In this document: one piece after another, positions 17,107 to 25,380 of the stretch
How the letters are laid out: each line of letters begins with the position of its first letter
Position numbering within the stretch: the stretch's first letter is position 1
The notes under the pieces: model-generated
Told to the model about the DNA's origin: nothing
Database searches by the model: none
The model's input: only the letters and a program-made list of their open reading frames with translations
DNA from: Candidatus Saccharimonadota bacterium
GTDB lineage: Bacteria > Patescibacteriota > Gracilibacteria > UBA4473
Reading direction: 5' to 3'
Assembly: GCA_963677105.1 (NCBI GenBank)
Contig: OY781871.1
Location: 900,001 to 932,000 of the forward strand
DNA: 32,000 bases
Program-made: the position numbers and the translations under genes

Positions 17107-20052
17107 TTATTGGGCTGACTGTTTCCCAAAATTTTGCCAAAAATCTATATCGGCATCTCCTTTTGGATTTTCAATGAGTGGGAATTCGAGATTTAAAATT
17201 TTCATATGTGCATTTTTCAGTTCAGCCAAAACTTCTTGTCGATCACTATCTGTTACTTGTAATGATTTTGTTTCGAGTTTCCCCTTTTCACTTGGAGTAA
17301 GAAATTCCAACTCGCAAGATTCTACTTTCCAGGGAGCACCAGCAGCACGTACAAGCAAATCATAAAAGACCAATTGTCGCCAATATCGTTCACCAGCTTT
17401 AATTGGTTTTGGTTTTCCAGATTTGTAATCTATTACGCGAGCAGATTTTTTCCCTGCATCTAGAAATACGATTTTATCGACTTTTCCTGTAATTTTTATT
17501 CCATCAATTTCTGGATGATATTGTCCAAAATTAATTTCTGTTTGTACATTTTCAGCTCGCCATGTTTCAGATTTTTCTTTGAAATTCTGTTTCAAAATTT
17601 CAGTTCCGTGTTCTTTTATTCGTTCAAAATCATTTAGAGCAAGATTTTGTCCACGAAGCGCACGACCAAAGTATTTCAGTAAATTTTCCTGTGTAATTTC
17701 TTCTCGGAGAGTTTTTTCTAATGCTTCATGTAACGCCACTCCTAGAGCGAGTTGAGGTTCTGGACGTGGATTTCTTGGGAAACGAAATAATTGCTGAAAT
17801 AAAAATCGTCGAGGACAGTCAAGATAGTTTTGAAGGGCAGTTGCTGACCAAACAAAATTCTTTACTCGATCGTGCAAAATAGTTTTTTCATCAGCGGTTA
17901 AATGTAATTCTTTTCCCGCGAGCAATAATGTTGGTAATAATTTTTGAGCACGTTCTTCAATCGGATCTGCATCAAGATTTGTACAAAGTTCATCAGGAAT
18001 TTCATGCCAAAAGAGTGATGGATTGTGATCTCGTTCAGAGTTGTCAGTTGTTGCATACGAAAGGAATACTTTTTTTCGTGCACGAGTTAATGCTACAAAA
18101 AACAAACGTCGTTCCTCTGAATTTTCGTCAAACTGAGCATCTTTCTCTTTAAATAATTGAGGAAGTGGAACGCTAGAATTTCCAGTTCGAGGATTTCCCC
18201 AAACCTTATCCACCAAACCGGGAATAAATACTACATCAAATTCGCGTCCTTTTGATCCATGAGCCGTCAATAAATGTACACTTCTGTGATCTGCAGGAAG
18301 TGAGTCTGGACGAACTCGAATGTTGAATTGTTGTATCAAATCCAATCGTTCTAAAAGATCGTTCAAATTTGCACAACGTTGTTCTCCAATCCAACTTACT
18401 AATTTTCTCACAGCAGCAAGTGATTCGTTATTTTCTTCCTTCACCAGCAAATCAAGAAGCCCAGAAGAGTAGAGGAGTTTCTCTGTCAAAACTTCAGGAC
18501 GACAATGCCAATAATTTTTTCGTGATTCAGTAAGCCATGTAACAAATGTATGTGTTGAACTTTTCTTAAACTCTGGTTCGGAAAGAAGTTGTTCTATAAC
18601 GCGTTCTCCGTGTTTTCGTTTCATAGATAATTTCAATAATTCTCCAGCGGAAATATCCCAATATGGAGCATGAAGAATCTCCCAAACAAGGTCGTCCATT
18701 TCTGGAGCCATGAAAATTTGTAACAATAAAATGGTTTGATGAACATATTCATTCTCAAAAATATTGCCTCGAACATTCGTAGCAACAGGAATTCCAAATT
18801 GTGGAAGAATGCGGGATAATTCATCAATCTCTCGGTTTTTTCGTACGAGAACAGCAATTTCATTTGCCGGAACACCATTCGCCATTTCAGTACGAATTTG
18901 CTCGACGATATGAGTTTGTTCCGCACTTATGGAACCAACAACGGCGCGAGTTATGTTTTCAGTAAATGCTTTATTTTTTCCACTAGAAAGAAGCGTGCGA
19001 TTTTCATCAGCTCGATCAGTATTGTTTTTAATTACCGTAAAAGCCGCATCTAATATTTTTTGTCCAGAACGATAATTTTCTTCCAATGAAATTTCTGTGA
19101 GATCGGGGAATCGTTTGCGGAACTCTCGAATATTTTCCGTGCTGGCTCCCTGAAATCTATAAATAGATTGATCATCATCTCCTACGGCAAAAACATTCGG
19201 TTGTTCGTAGTCTGTAAGTGCCCAAACTATCGAATTTTGAGCGCTATTCGTGTCTTGGTATTCGTCCACGAGAATCCATTGATATTTCTCTTGTAGATCA
19301 AATTTCAAGTTTTCGTCTTCTTTCAATGTCGTTGTTACCCAATTTATTAAATCATTGAAATCATATCCACCGCGTTTTGCTAATTTTTCCTCAAATACTT
19401 CCCACAATTCAGAAAATTCTTGCATTCGCGCGATTCTGTTTTCTAGTTTTTCGCGTTCGGCAGGTTTTTCATCTCCTGGATTAAAATTTTTATATTTCTT
19501 TTTGTAGTAGTTTTTTTCATCCGCTTCCCAGTATTTTCGTTCTTCCGGAATCAATTCACGAAGTTGAGTGGGTGAAATATGTTCTTGTTTTAGATTCGAA
19601 ATTGCAGAAAGAACATCGTATTGATTCGCTAATTCATCATAAATTGGACGGAAATATTTCCAGTGTTTTTCTTTCACCGCATCGCGATAAGCGAGTGCTT
19701 TCATGAGATCATCTGCAAGTTCACGATCAGATTTCAGTTTCTCAAATTTCAATGGATATTCATTCATTACTAATTCTGCGAATCCATGAAATGTGCAGAT
19801 CGTTACTTTATGTGCTTCTTTCCCGATTTTTTGAAACAATCGTTCCCGCATTTCTACTGCGGCAGCATTCGTAAAAGTGAGACATAAAATGTTTTCAGCT
19901 TTCGCATCCGTTTGTTGCAAAATGTGTCCGATACGAGTCGTCAACAAATGCGTTTTTCCTGTTCCTGGACCAGCGAGCACGAGAACGGGACCAAAAACAG
20001 TTTTTACTGCTTGGCGTTGCGCATCGTTCAGTTCATCGAGGAAATCTACCAT
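17107..20052 (-). CDS. UvrD/PcrA-type superfamily 1 helicase fused to a C-terminal PD-(D/E)XK (RecB-like) nuclease domain
   Basis: Walker A AGPGTGKTH, motif II LVDEYQDTN, and later SF1 motifs (VHLLTAHGSKGREFD, FFVALTRARK). The C-terminal ~220 aa carry LQNYLDCPRRF, GVALHEALE and GKVDKI...VIDYKSGKP (D...DxK) plus Y..QL..Y, typical of RecB/AddA-family nucleases. Confidence 0.85.
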   Translation of the reverse strand: MVDFLDELNDAQRQAVKTVFGPVLVLAGPGTGKTHLLTTRIGHILQQTDAKAENILCLTFTNAAAVEMRERLFQKIGKEAHKVTICTFHGFAELVMNEYPLKFEKLKSDRELADDLMKALAYRDAVKEKHWKYFRPIYDELANQYDVLSAISNLKQEHISPTQLRELIPEERKYWEADEKNYYKKKYKNFNPGDEKPAEREKLENRIARMQEFSELWEVFEEKLAKRGGYDFNDLINWVTTTLKEDENLKFDLQEKYQWILVDEYQDTNSAQNSIVWALTDYEQPNVFAVGDDDQSIYRFQGASTENIREFRKRFPDLTEISLEENYRSGQKILDAAFTVIKNNTDRADENRTLLSSGKNKAFTENITRAVVGSISAEQTHIVEQIRTEMANGVPANEIAVLVRKNREIDELSRILPQFGIPVATNVRGNIFENEYVHQTILLLQIFMAPEMDDLVWEILHAPYWDISAGELLKLSMKRKHGERVIEQLLSEPEFKKSSTHTFVTWLTESRKNYWHCRPEVLTEKLLYSSGLLDLLVKEENNESLAAVRKLVSWIGEQRCANLNDLLERLDLIQQFNIRVRPDSLPADHRSVHLLTAHGSKGREFDVVFIPGLVDKVWGNPRTGNSSVPLPQLFKEKDAQFDENSEERRLFFVALTRARKKVFLSYATTDNSERDHNPSLFWHEIPDELCTNLDADPIEERAQKLLPTLLLAGKELHLTADEKTILHDRVKNFVWSATALQNYLDCPRRFLFQQLFRFPRNPRPEPQLALGVALHEALEKTLREEITQENLLKYFGRALRGQNLALNDFERIKEHGTEILKQNFKEKSETWRAENVQTEINFGQYHPEIDGIKITGKVDKIVFLDAGKKSARVIDYKSGKPKPIKAGERYWRQLVFYDLLVRAAGAPWKVESCELEFLTPSEKGKLETKSLQVTDSDRQEVLAELKNAHMKILNLEFPLIENPKGDADIDFWQNFGKQSAQ

Positions 20053-20071
20053 CAGAAGAAGTATAACTGTT

Positions 20072-20099
20072 TTGCGTAAAATTTGAAAATATCTACACT
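20072..20099 (+). promoter_or_regulatory. sigma70-like promoter; -10 6 nt from the ATG (leaderless candidate)
   Basis: TTGCGT (20072-20077), 16-nt spacer, TACACT (20094-20099), then 6 nt to ATG 20106. No SD. Confidence 0.5.
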
Positions 20100-20105
20100 C
20101 TGTTC

Positions 20106-21458
20106 ATGCAAGAAAAGACGGCATTTCTCGGAACACATAAAATAAAGAATTTGCTTTTTCGAATGTCCGCACCAGCGATGGTGGGAATGTTGGTCATTTC
20201 TCTTTATAATTTAGTTGATACAATTTTTATTGGAAGGGCAATAGGAGAATTGGGGATTGCAGGAGTAACTGTTTCTTTTCCAATTCAAACAGCATTTTTT
20301 GCAATTTCTTTATCAATAGGAATCGGTGCAGCGTCAGAGATTTCTCGTTTAATTGGCGCGAAAAAAACAGAACAAGCTGAGCGAGTACAAGGAGTTGCTG
20401 CATGGCTCGTTATTGTTGGAAGTGTGGTTTTGTTAGGATTGGGATTGTTTTTTCTGAAACCGCTTTTAATTGCTTCAGGAGCAAATGAGGAAGTACTTCC
20501 TTTTGGAAGAGAATATACGAGAGTACTTTTGTATGGAGCACCATTTTTGATTGCATCAGTAGTAGGAAATAGTTTAGTTCGAGCAGAGGGAAATGCGCCA
20601 TTAGCAATGATGGTTATGATTTTTGGTTCATTAGTAAATTTATGTTTGGACTGGCTCTTTATGTTTCCTCTAAAAATGGGAATTGAAGGAGCAGCTTGGG
20701 CAACTTTTATTTCAAATCTTGTTTCATTTGGAATCCTTGTTCCTTATTTTTTTAAAAAGAAAAACGCAATTCCTTTTATTTGGAAATATGTGCGATGGAA
20801 TTTTAAAGTTGTAAAGAAAATCATGACGATTGGATCAGCTTCATTTATGCGTGAAGTAGCGTTTATTTTAGAAATGGTAGTACTGAATCACGTTCTTATT
20901 TCTCTTGGAGGGACAGTGGCAATTGCTGCAATTGGTATTATGCTTCGGTTAGCAATGATGGTATTGATGCCTATTTTTGGTGTTGTTCAGGGGTTGCAGC
21001 CGATTGCGGGATATAACTTTGGAGCAAAGAAATTTGAAAGAGTTCGTGAAGTTTTTTGGGTTGCTCTTTTTTGGGCGACGGGATTTTCAATTATAGCTTT
21101 CTTAATTCTTTATTTTTCGCCAACATTTTGGGTAGAGTTATTTGCGAAAGATGGATCTCGGGAATTGATTACGATGACAACAGAAGGTTTAAAGTGGATG
21201 GTTATGGCTTTTGCTGTAGTTGGAGGACAAGCTATTATTGGAGGTCTGTATCAAGCTCTTGGGTTTGGAAAACAAGCCCTTCTTTTATCATTACTACGAC
21301 AGGTGATTTTCCTTGTGCCATTTGTATTTATTTTATCGCATTATTTTGGATTGATTGGTGTGTGGTGGGCATTTCCTCTTGCAGAAGTAGGAGCATCGAT
21401 TGTAACAGTGATAATGATTTTTTATGACAGAGAGAAACTTGGATTAAAACGAATTTGA
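20106..21458 (+). CDS. MATE-family efflux transporter
   Basis: 450 aa with about 12 predicted helices. The N-terminal pattern LLFRMSAPAMVGMLVISLYNLVDTIFIGR is typical of the MATE/NorM family. Confidence 0.85.
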   Translation: MQEKTAFLGTHKIKNLLFRMSAPAMVGMLVISLYNLVDTIFIGRAIGELGIAGVTVSFPIQTAFFAISLSIGIGAASEISRLIGAKKTEQAERVQGVAAWLVIVGSVVLLGLGLFFLKPLLIASGANEEVLPFGREYTRVLLYGAPFLIASVVGNSLVRAEGNAPLAMMVMIFGSLVNLCLDWLFMFPLKMGIEGAAWATFISNLVSFGILVPYFFKKKNAIPFIWKYVRWNFKVVKKIMTIGSASFMREVAFILEMVVLNHVLISLGGTVAIAAIGIMLRLAMMVLMPIFGVVQGLQPIAGYNFGAKKFERVREVFWVALFWATGFSIIAFLILYFSPTFWVELFAKDGSRELITMTTEGLKWMVMAFAVVGGQAIIGGLYQALGFGKQALLLSLLRQVIFLVPFVFILSHYFGLIGVWWAFPLAEVGASIVTVIMIFYDREKLGLKRI

Positions 21459-21510
21459 TTTTTTTTGCACTGAATGACAATATTCATTCGTTAAAAATAA
21501 ATACATAAAC

Positions 21511-22290
21511 ATGTTTGAAAAAGGAACTGATATCGGAAAGCCATTTTTGTTTCCAGCACTTGCGTTGGGGATTTCTTTTATTTTAGCAACGTCCATTGTA
21601 TCGCATACAATGTTGCGAATTAAAAACCAAAATAGTGTTATTTCTGTGGTTGGAGCAGCAGAAAAAATTGTAACTTCAGATACGGTTAAGTGGACTGCAA
21701 AGTTTACAACTTCAATTGGTGTAGATGATCTTTCTTCAGGAATGGATGAGATGAGAGAGAACAGGGAAATAATTCGTGCTTATTTTGCTGAAAATGGAAT
21801 TGGAGAGGATAGTTTTACTATTTCACCAGTAAAGTTTTTTGAGAGTTGTAGAAGTCAACAGGATCGAGTTTGGGCAGAAGGAGGAGAACATTGTTCAGCA
21901 GGAACGCTTGTTGCTTATGATCTTGCACAAATAGTTACGGTTGAATCAAATGCAATTACCGAAGTAACAGAATTAGCAGAAAAAATGCCATATGATTTGA
22001 TTGCTCAAGACTTAATGTTTTCCTCTGAAAATTTAGAATATTTTTATTCTCAATTAGATGAGTTGAAATTAGAGATTTTATCTGAAGCAACAGCGAATGC
22101 GAAAAAGCGAGCGGAACAAATTGCTGGAAGTACTGGATCTCAGATTGGAAATGTGAAAGAGGCGAGTGTAGGAGTATTTCAAGTTGTTGCACCAAATTCA
22201 ACAGAGTTTGCTAATTACGGAGCATATAACGCTTCAACGATTGAGAAAAAAGTAACGAGTACTGTGCGTGCATCCTTTTTACTAAAATAA
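21511..22290 (+). CDS. SIMPL-domain (DUF541) protein with an N-terminal membrane anchor
   Basis: Matches the SIMPL/26-kDa periplasmic immunogenic protein pattern: ...ATANAKKRAEQIAGSTGSQIGNVKEASVGVFQV... and a C-terminal ...VTSTVRASFLL. Confidence 0.65.
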   Translation: MFEKGTDIGKPFLFPALALGISFILATSIVSHTMLRIKNQNSVISVVGAAEKIVTSDTVKWTAKFTTSIGVDDLSSGMDEMRENREIIRAYFAENGIGEDSFTISPVKFFESCRSQQDRVWAEGGEHCSAGTLVAYDLAQIVTVESNAITEVTELAEKMPYDLIAQDLMFSSENLEYFYSQLDELKLEILSEATANAKKRAEQIAGSTGSQIGNVKEASVGVFQVVAPNSTEFANYGAYNASTIEKKVTSTVRASFLLK

Positions 22291-22302
22291 TCAGTAAAAA
22301 AG

Positions 22303-22330
22303 TTGCCAGAGAAAAGAGTTTGGGTAAACT
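22303..22330 (+). promoter_or_regulatory. sigma70-like promoter for tRNA-Ser
   Basis: TTGCCA (22303-22308), 16-nt spacer, TAAACT (22325-22330), about 17 nt upstream of the tRNA 5' end. Confidence 0.45.
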
Positions 22331-22347
22331 CCAGTCGCTCACACCGC

Positions 22348-22437
<90 letters not shown>

Positions 22438-22453
22438 GAGCAAACACTAAGAG

Positions 22454-22500
22454 CGTCCGTTTCCTTTCCACTATAGTAGAGAGGAATGCGGACGTTTTTT
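22454..22500 (+). terminator. intrinsic terminator after tRNA-Ser
   Basis: CGTCCG (22454-22459) pairs with CGGACG (22489-22494), and TTCC pairs with GGAA further in. Six T follow (22495-22500). Confidence 0.7.
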
Positions 22501-22673
22501 CTTTATGGAATATTTTGTTATTGCTATGGCTTGGTTTATGGGTTTTATAGGAGGAGTCTTTTTACCATATGAAAAGAGTGCATTAATGGCACTTGAACTC
22601 TTTTTTTCATAGCCTTGTTAAAAGACAATAAATGGATAAGATTTAGCAGAAGTTATTCTTTCTTTTTCGACTA

Positions 22674-24473
22674 ATGAAAATATTTAAATTTTTGAATTCA
22701 TTATTGCGTGGTATTAAGTATTTATTTATACGGTTTCCTGTACCAGCAGTTATGGCAATGGTCGCTGCGACAATTTCTATATTTATAATTCATGATGTTG
22801 AAAATGATGCATTTGGAAATATTCTGTGGACAATTTCTCTAGGTTTCCCTCTATTCATTTCAGCGCGTTTATTAGCAGAAAAAAAGGATTGGAAAGGAAA
22901 GCATTATGTATTTTTATTTGGCGGATGTTTTTTATTTCTCGTGGGTTATTATTTTTTGCTGCCAGAAGATATATTAGACTCTGTAAGATGTACGGCTCGG
23001 TCATTACTTTGGGGGATCAGCTTTATTTTGTTGATTACTTTTATTCCTTTTTTAGATAAAGAAGAGAAATCTACTCTGCGATTTTGGAATTTTAATAAGA
23101 AATTATTATTAAATATTTTGCAGGCATGTTTTTTTGCTGTGACGATATTTTTTGGGGTAGCTGCTGCCATTTGGGCAGTAGAAGAATTATTTAATTTGGA
23201 TATTTCAGGTGAGAGATATGCTGAATTGTGGACGCTCTGTTCTTTAGTGATCGCGCCTTTTTTGTTCCTGCATAATGTGCCAGGGAACCTGCAGGAAAAT
23301 TTAAAGAAGGAATACCCAAAAGGGTTACTGATTTTTACGCAGTATATTTTGTTGCCATTAGTGGCTTTGTATTTCGTGATTTTGTATTCTTACACAGCTA
23401 AAGTAGCGATAACGTGGGAGTGGCCGAAGGGGATTTTGTCGTACATGATTGCCTGCTTTTCTTTCGTAGGAATTGTGCTGCATTTCTTTATCTATCCACG
23501 CTTAAAGGAAATGAAGTGGTTGGAAAAGTTTGTGAAGATTTTTTATCTTATTTTGATTCCTCAGATAGCGATGTATTTTATGTCGATTTGGATGCGAGTG
23601 AATCAGTATGGGATAACAGAGAAACGTTACTTCGTAGTAGTCGGAGGATTATGGTTATTGGGTATCGCACTGTATTTCTTGATATCAAAAAAGAAAGATA
23701 TTCGGGCGATATCGGCATCATTGTTTGCCATATTGCTTCTGTCTTCGTTTGGACCATGGGGGGCATTTTCGGTGTCAGAAAGAAGTCAGGTAAAACGATT
23801 GGAAGAGTTGTTGCAGAAAAATAAGATGTTCGATAAAGAGGGGATGGCGAAGAAGACTGAGGAAAAAGTTTCTTATGAAGACGCAAAGGATATTAGTTCG
23901 ATTGTGCGTTATTTAAATCGGCAGCATGATTTCGATCAGATCCAGTTGTGGTTTGAGAAAGATTTAGAGAATCTGGAATCAGAGAAGGTTAATAGTTTTT
24001 CAATAGAGGAAAAAGTTGTTGAGTTGCTGGGAGTAGAATATGTGGACCAATGGGAGGCGCGAAATTCAGACGAGAAATATTTTTCTTTTCGTGTAGATTA
24101 TGACAAGGGCTTTGCTGTTAGTGGATACGATTACTTGGTGCCAGTTTCGTCTAATATTAATGACGAAAACAATGTTTTAGAGAAGGCAGGGATAGGGTAT
24201 AAATTTTACTTTTTGCCTAAGAAAAAAAAGTTTGTGATATGGCATGGCGAAGATAATAATGTCGTAGATTTGTCAGCATATTTTGACGAGGTTGTAGATA
24301 AGAATGTCGGGAAAAATGAATTAGTGAATGGAGATGAATTTTTTGAAATGGAAACAGATAAAATAAAATTTAAAATACGATTTGAGCGTATAAGTGGGAA
24401 CTTCAATAAAAGTAAAAATACCTATACGTTAGATTCTCTAGGGGGGAATGTGCTCTTTAAAATGAAGAATTAA
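22674..24473 (+). CDS. large polytopic membrane protein with a soluble C-terminal third (possibly DUF4153 family)
   Basis: 599 aa. About 10 hydrophobic helices cover the first ~370 aa, followed by a Lys/Glu-rich soluble domain. The DUF4153 assignment is a recollection of overall architecture, not a motif match. Confidence 0.6.
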   Translation: MKIFKFLNSLLRGIKYLFIRFPVPAVMAMVAATISIFIIHDVENDAFGNILWTISLGFPLFISARLLAEKKDWKGKHYVFLFGGCFLFLVGYYFLLPEDILDSVRCTARSLLWGISFILLITFIPFLDKEEKSTLRFWNFNKKLLLNILQACFFAVTIFFGVAAAIWAVEELFNLDISGERYAELWTLCSLVIAPFLFLHNVPGNLQENLKKEYPKGLLIFTQYILLPLVALYFVILYSYTAKVAITWEWPKGILSYMIACFSFVGIVLHFFIYPRLKEMKWLEKFVKIFYLILIPQIAMYFMSIWMRVNQYGITEKRYFVVVGGLWLLGIALYFLISKKKDIRAISASLFAILLLSSFGPWGAFSVSERSQVKRLEELLQKNKMFDKEGMAKKTEEKVSYEDAKDISSIVRYLNRQHDFDQIQLWFEKDLENLESEKVNSFSIEEKVVELLGVEYVDQWEARNSDEKYFSFRVDYDKGFAVSGYDYLVPVSSNINDENNVLEKAGIGYKFYFLPKKKKFVIWHGEDNNVVDLSAYFDEVVDKNVGKNELVNGDEFFEMETDKIKFKIRFERISGNFNKSKNTYTLDSLGGNVLFKMKN

Positions 24474-24571
24474 GATAAGATTATACTATAGGCTCCACTA
24501 AGGGCGTCCGAATTCGATCCACTCCGTCACAAGTGAGATAAGTTAATTATATGATTTAGGTTTAAAAAAAC

Positions 24572-24599
24572 TTGCACACCTTTTAAAAATTCATATTAT
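24572..24599 (+). promoter_or_regulatory. sigma70-like promoter for tRNA-Val
   Basis: TTGCAC (24572-24577), 16-nt spacer, TATTAT (24594-24599), about 17 nt upstream of the tRNA 5' end. Confidence 0.5.
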
Positions 24600-24616
24600 C
24601 GGCCTGTCCGTTTAAC

Positions 24617-24693
24617 GGGCGATTAGCTCAGCTGGCTAGAGCGTCTCGCTTACACCGAGGATGTCACAGGTTCGAGTCCTGTATCGCCCACCA
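24617..24693 (+). tRNA. tRNA-Val (anticodon TAC), CCA encoded
   Basis: Acceptor GGGCGAT/ATCGCCC, D stem GCTC/GAGC, anticodon stem TCTCG/CGAGG with loop CTTACAC, T arm ACAGG-TTCGAGT-CCTGT, then discriminator A and CCA. Length 77 nt. Confidence 0.93.
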
Positions 24694-24846
24694 GAAAACA
24701 TTTCTTTACATCCAATAGGTGCAGAGAAATTTTTTATTATCTAATTTTTTAAAAAATTATTTACTAAAATAAATAACAATTTATTTGCTTTTTAAATAGT
24801 TATGAATATATACTCATAATGGTTTTATAATTTAATTTTAAATATT

Positions 24847-25092
24847 ATGCCAAATTTTGACAAAACGGGACCGGCAGGAGAAGGAGTTGCTACAGGAAGG
24901 GGATGGGGTTCTTGTATTGAGAATCAACAAGGAAATACCATGAATTATGGTTGCGGAGGTTGTAGAAAAGGAGGAAGGGGTTTTAGAAATAGACAAGGAA
25001 TTGTTTCACTGGATGATCAAGAACAAGTTTTAGAAAAAAGGCTTGCAGAAGTTCGTGCTGCAAAAAAATTAAATTCAAAGAAGGATGCCTAG
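24847..25092 (+). CDS. DUF5320-family small Gly/Cys-rich protein
   Basis: N-terminus MPNFDKTGPAGEGVATGRGWGSC matches the DUF5320 pattern (MP..D.TGP.G.GP.TGRG.G.C). The C-terminal part is a coiled helix. The ORF overlaps the next gene by 8 nt. Confidence 0.65.
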   Translation: MPNFDKTGPAGEGVATGRGWGSCIENQQGNTMNYGCGGCRKGGRGFRNRQGIVSLDDQEQVLEKRLAEVRAAKKLNSKKDA

Positions 25093-25360
25093 ACCTCGAT
25101 TGAGAAGAAGAATGGAATTAGATCCACGTGTGACTTTTTATAAGCCACAAGGAATTCCATTGCAAAATTTGAGTGCTATAGAATTGACGCATGAAGAGTG
25201 GGAATCATTGCGATTGAGAAATGTTGAGGAATTGGATCAGCATAAATCAGCCGAAAAAATGAATACTTCTCAAAGTACTTTTCAACGAATCTATTCAAGT
25301 GCTCAAAAAAAAATAGGAACAGCAATTGTGAAAGGAATGGCTATCAGAATTATTAAATAA
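25085..25360 (+). CDS. DUF134 (UPF0251) predicted DNA-binding protein
   Basis: MPRPRLRRRMELDPRVTFYKPQGIP....L...E.E.LRL....L.Q..AA.KM..S..TF.R....A..K matches the DUF134 consensus (MPRP.K.R.V...P....FKP.GIP) with a sigma-70 region-4-like HTH. Confidence 0.75.
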   Translation: MPRPRLRRRMELDPRVTFYKPQGIPLQNLSAIELTHEEWESLRLRNVEELDQHKSAEKMNTSQSTFQRIYSSAQKKIGTAIVKGMAIRIIK

Positions 25361-25380
25361 GTTTTTTTTCTTTATTTAAT

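Noticed and set aside
24505-24530. CCGAATTCGATCCACTCC resembles a tRNA T-arm/acceptor 3' fragment, possibly an att-site remnant.
   Set aside because: The flanks cannot form a T stem. Similarity to the 3' ends of the three tRNAs here is limited to TTCGA.TCC. This is not enough to call a tRNA fragment.
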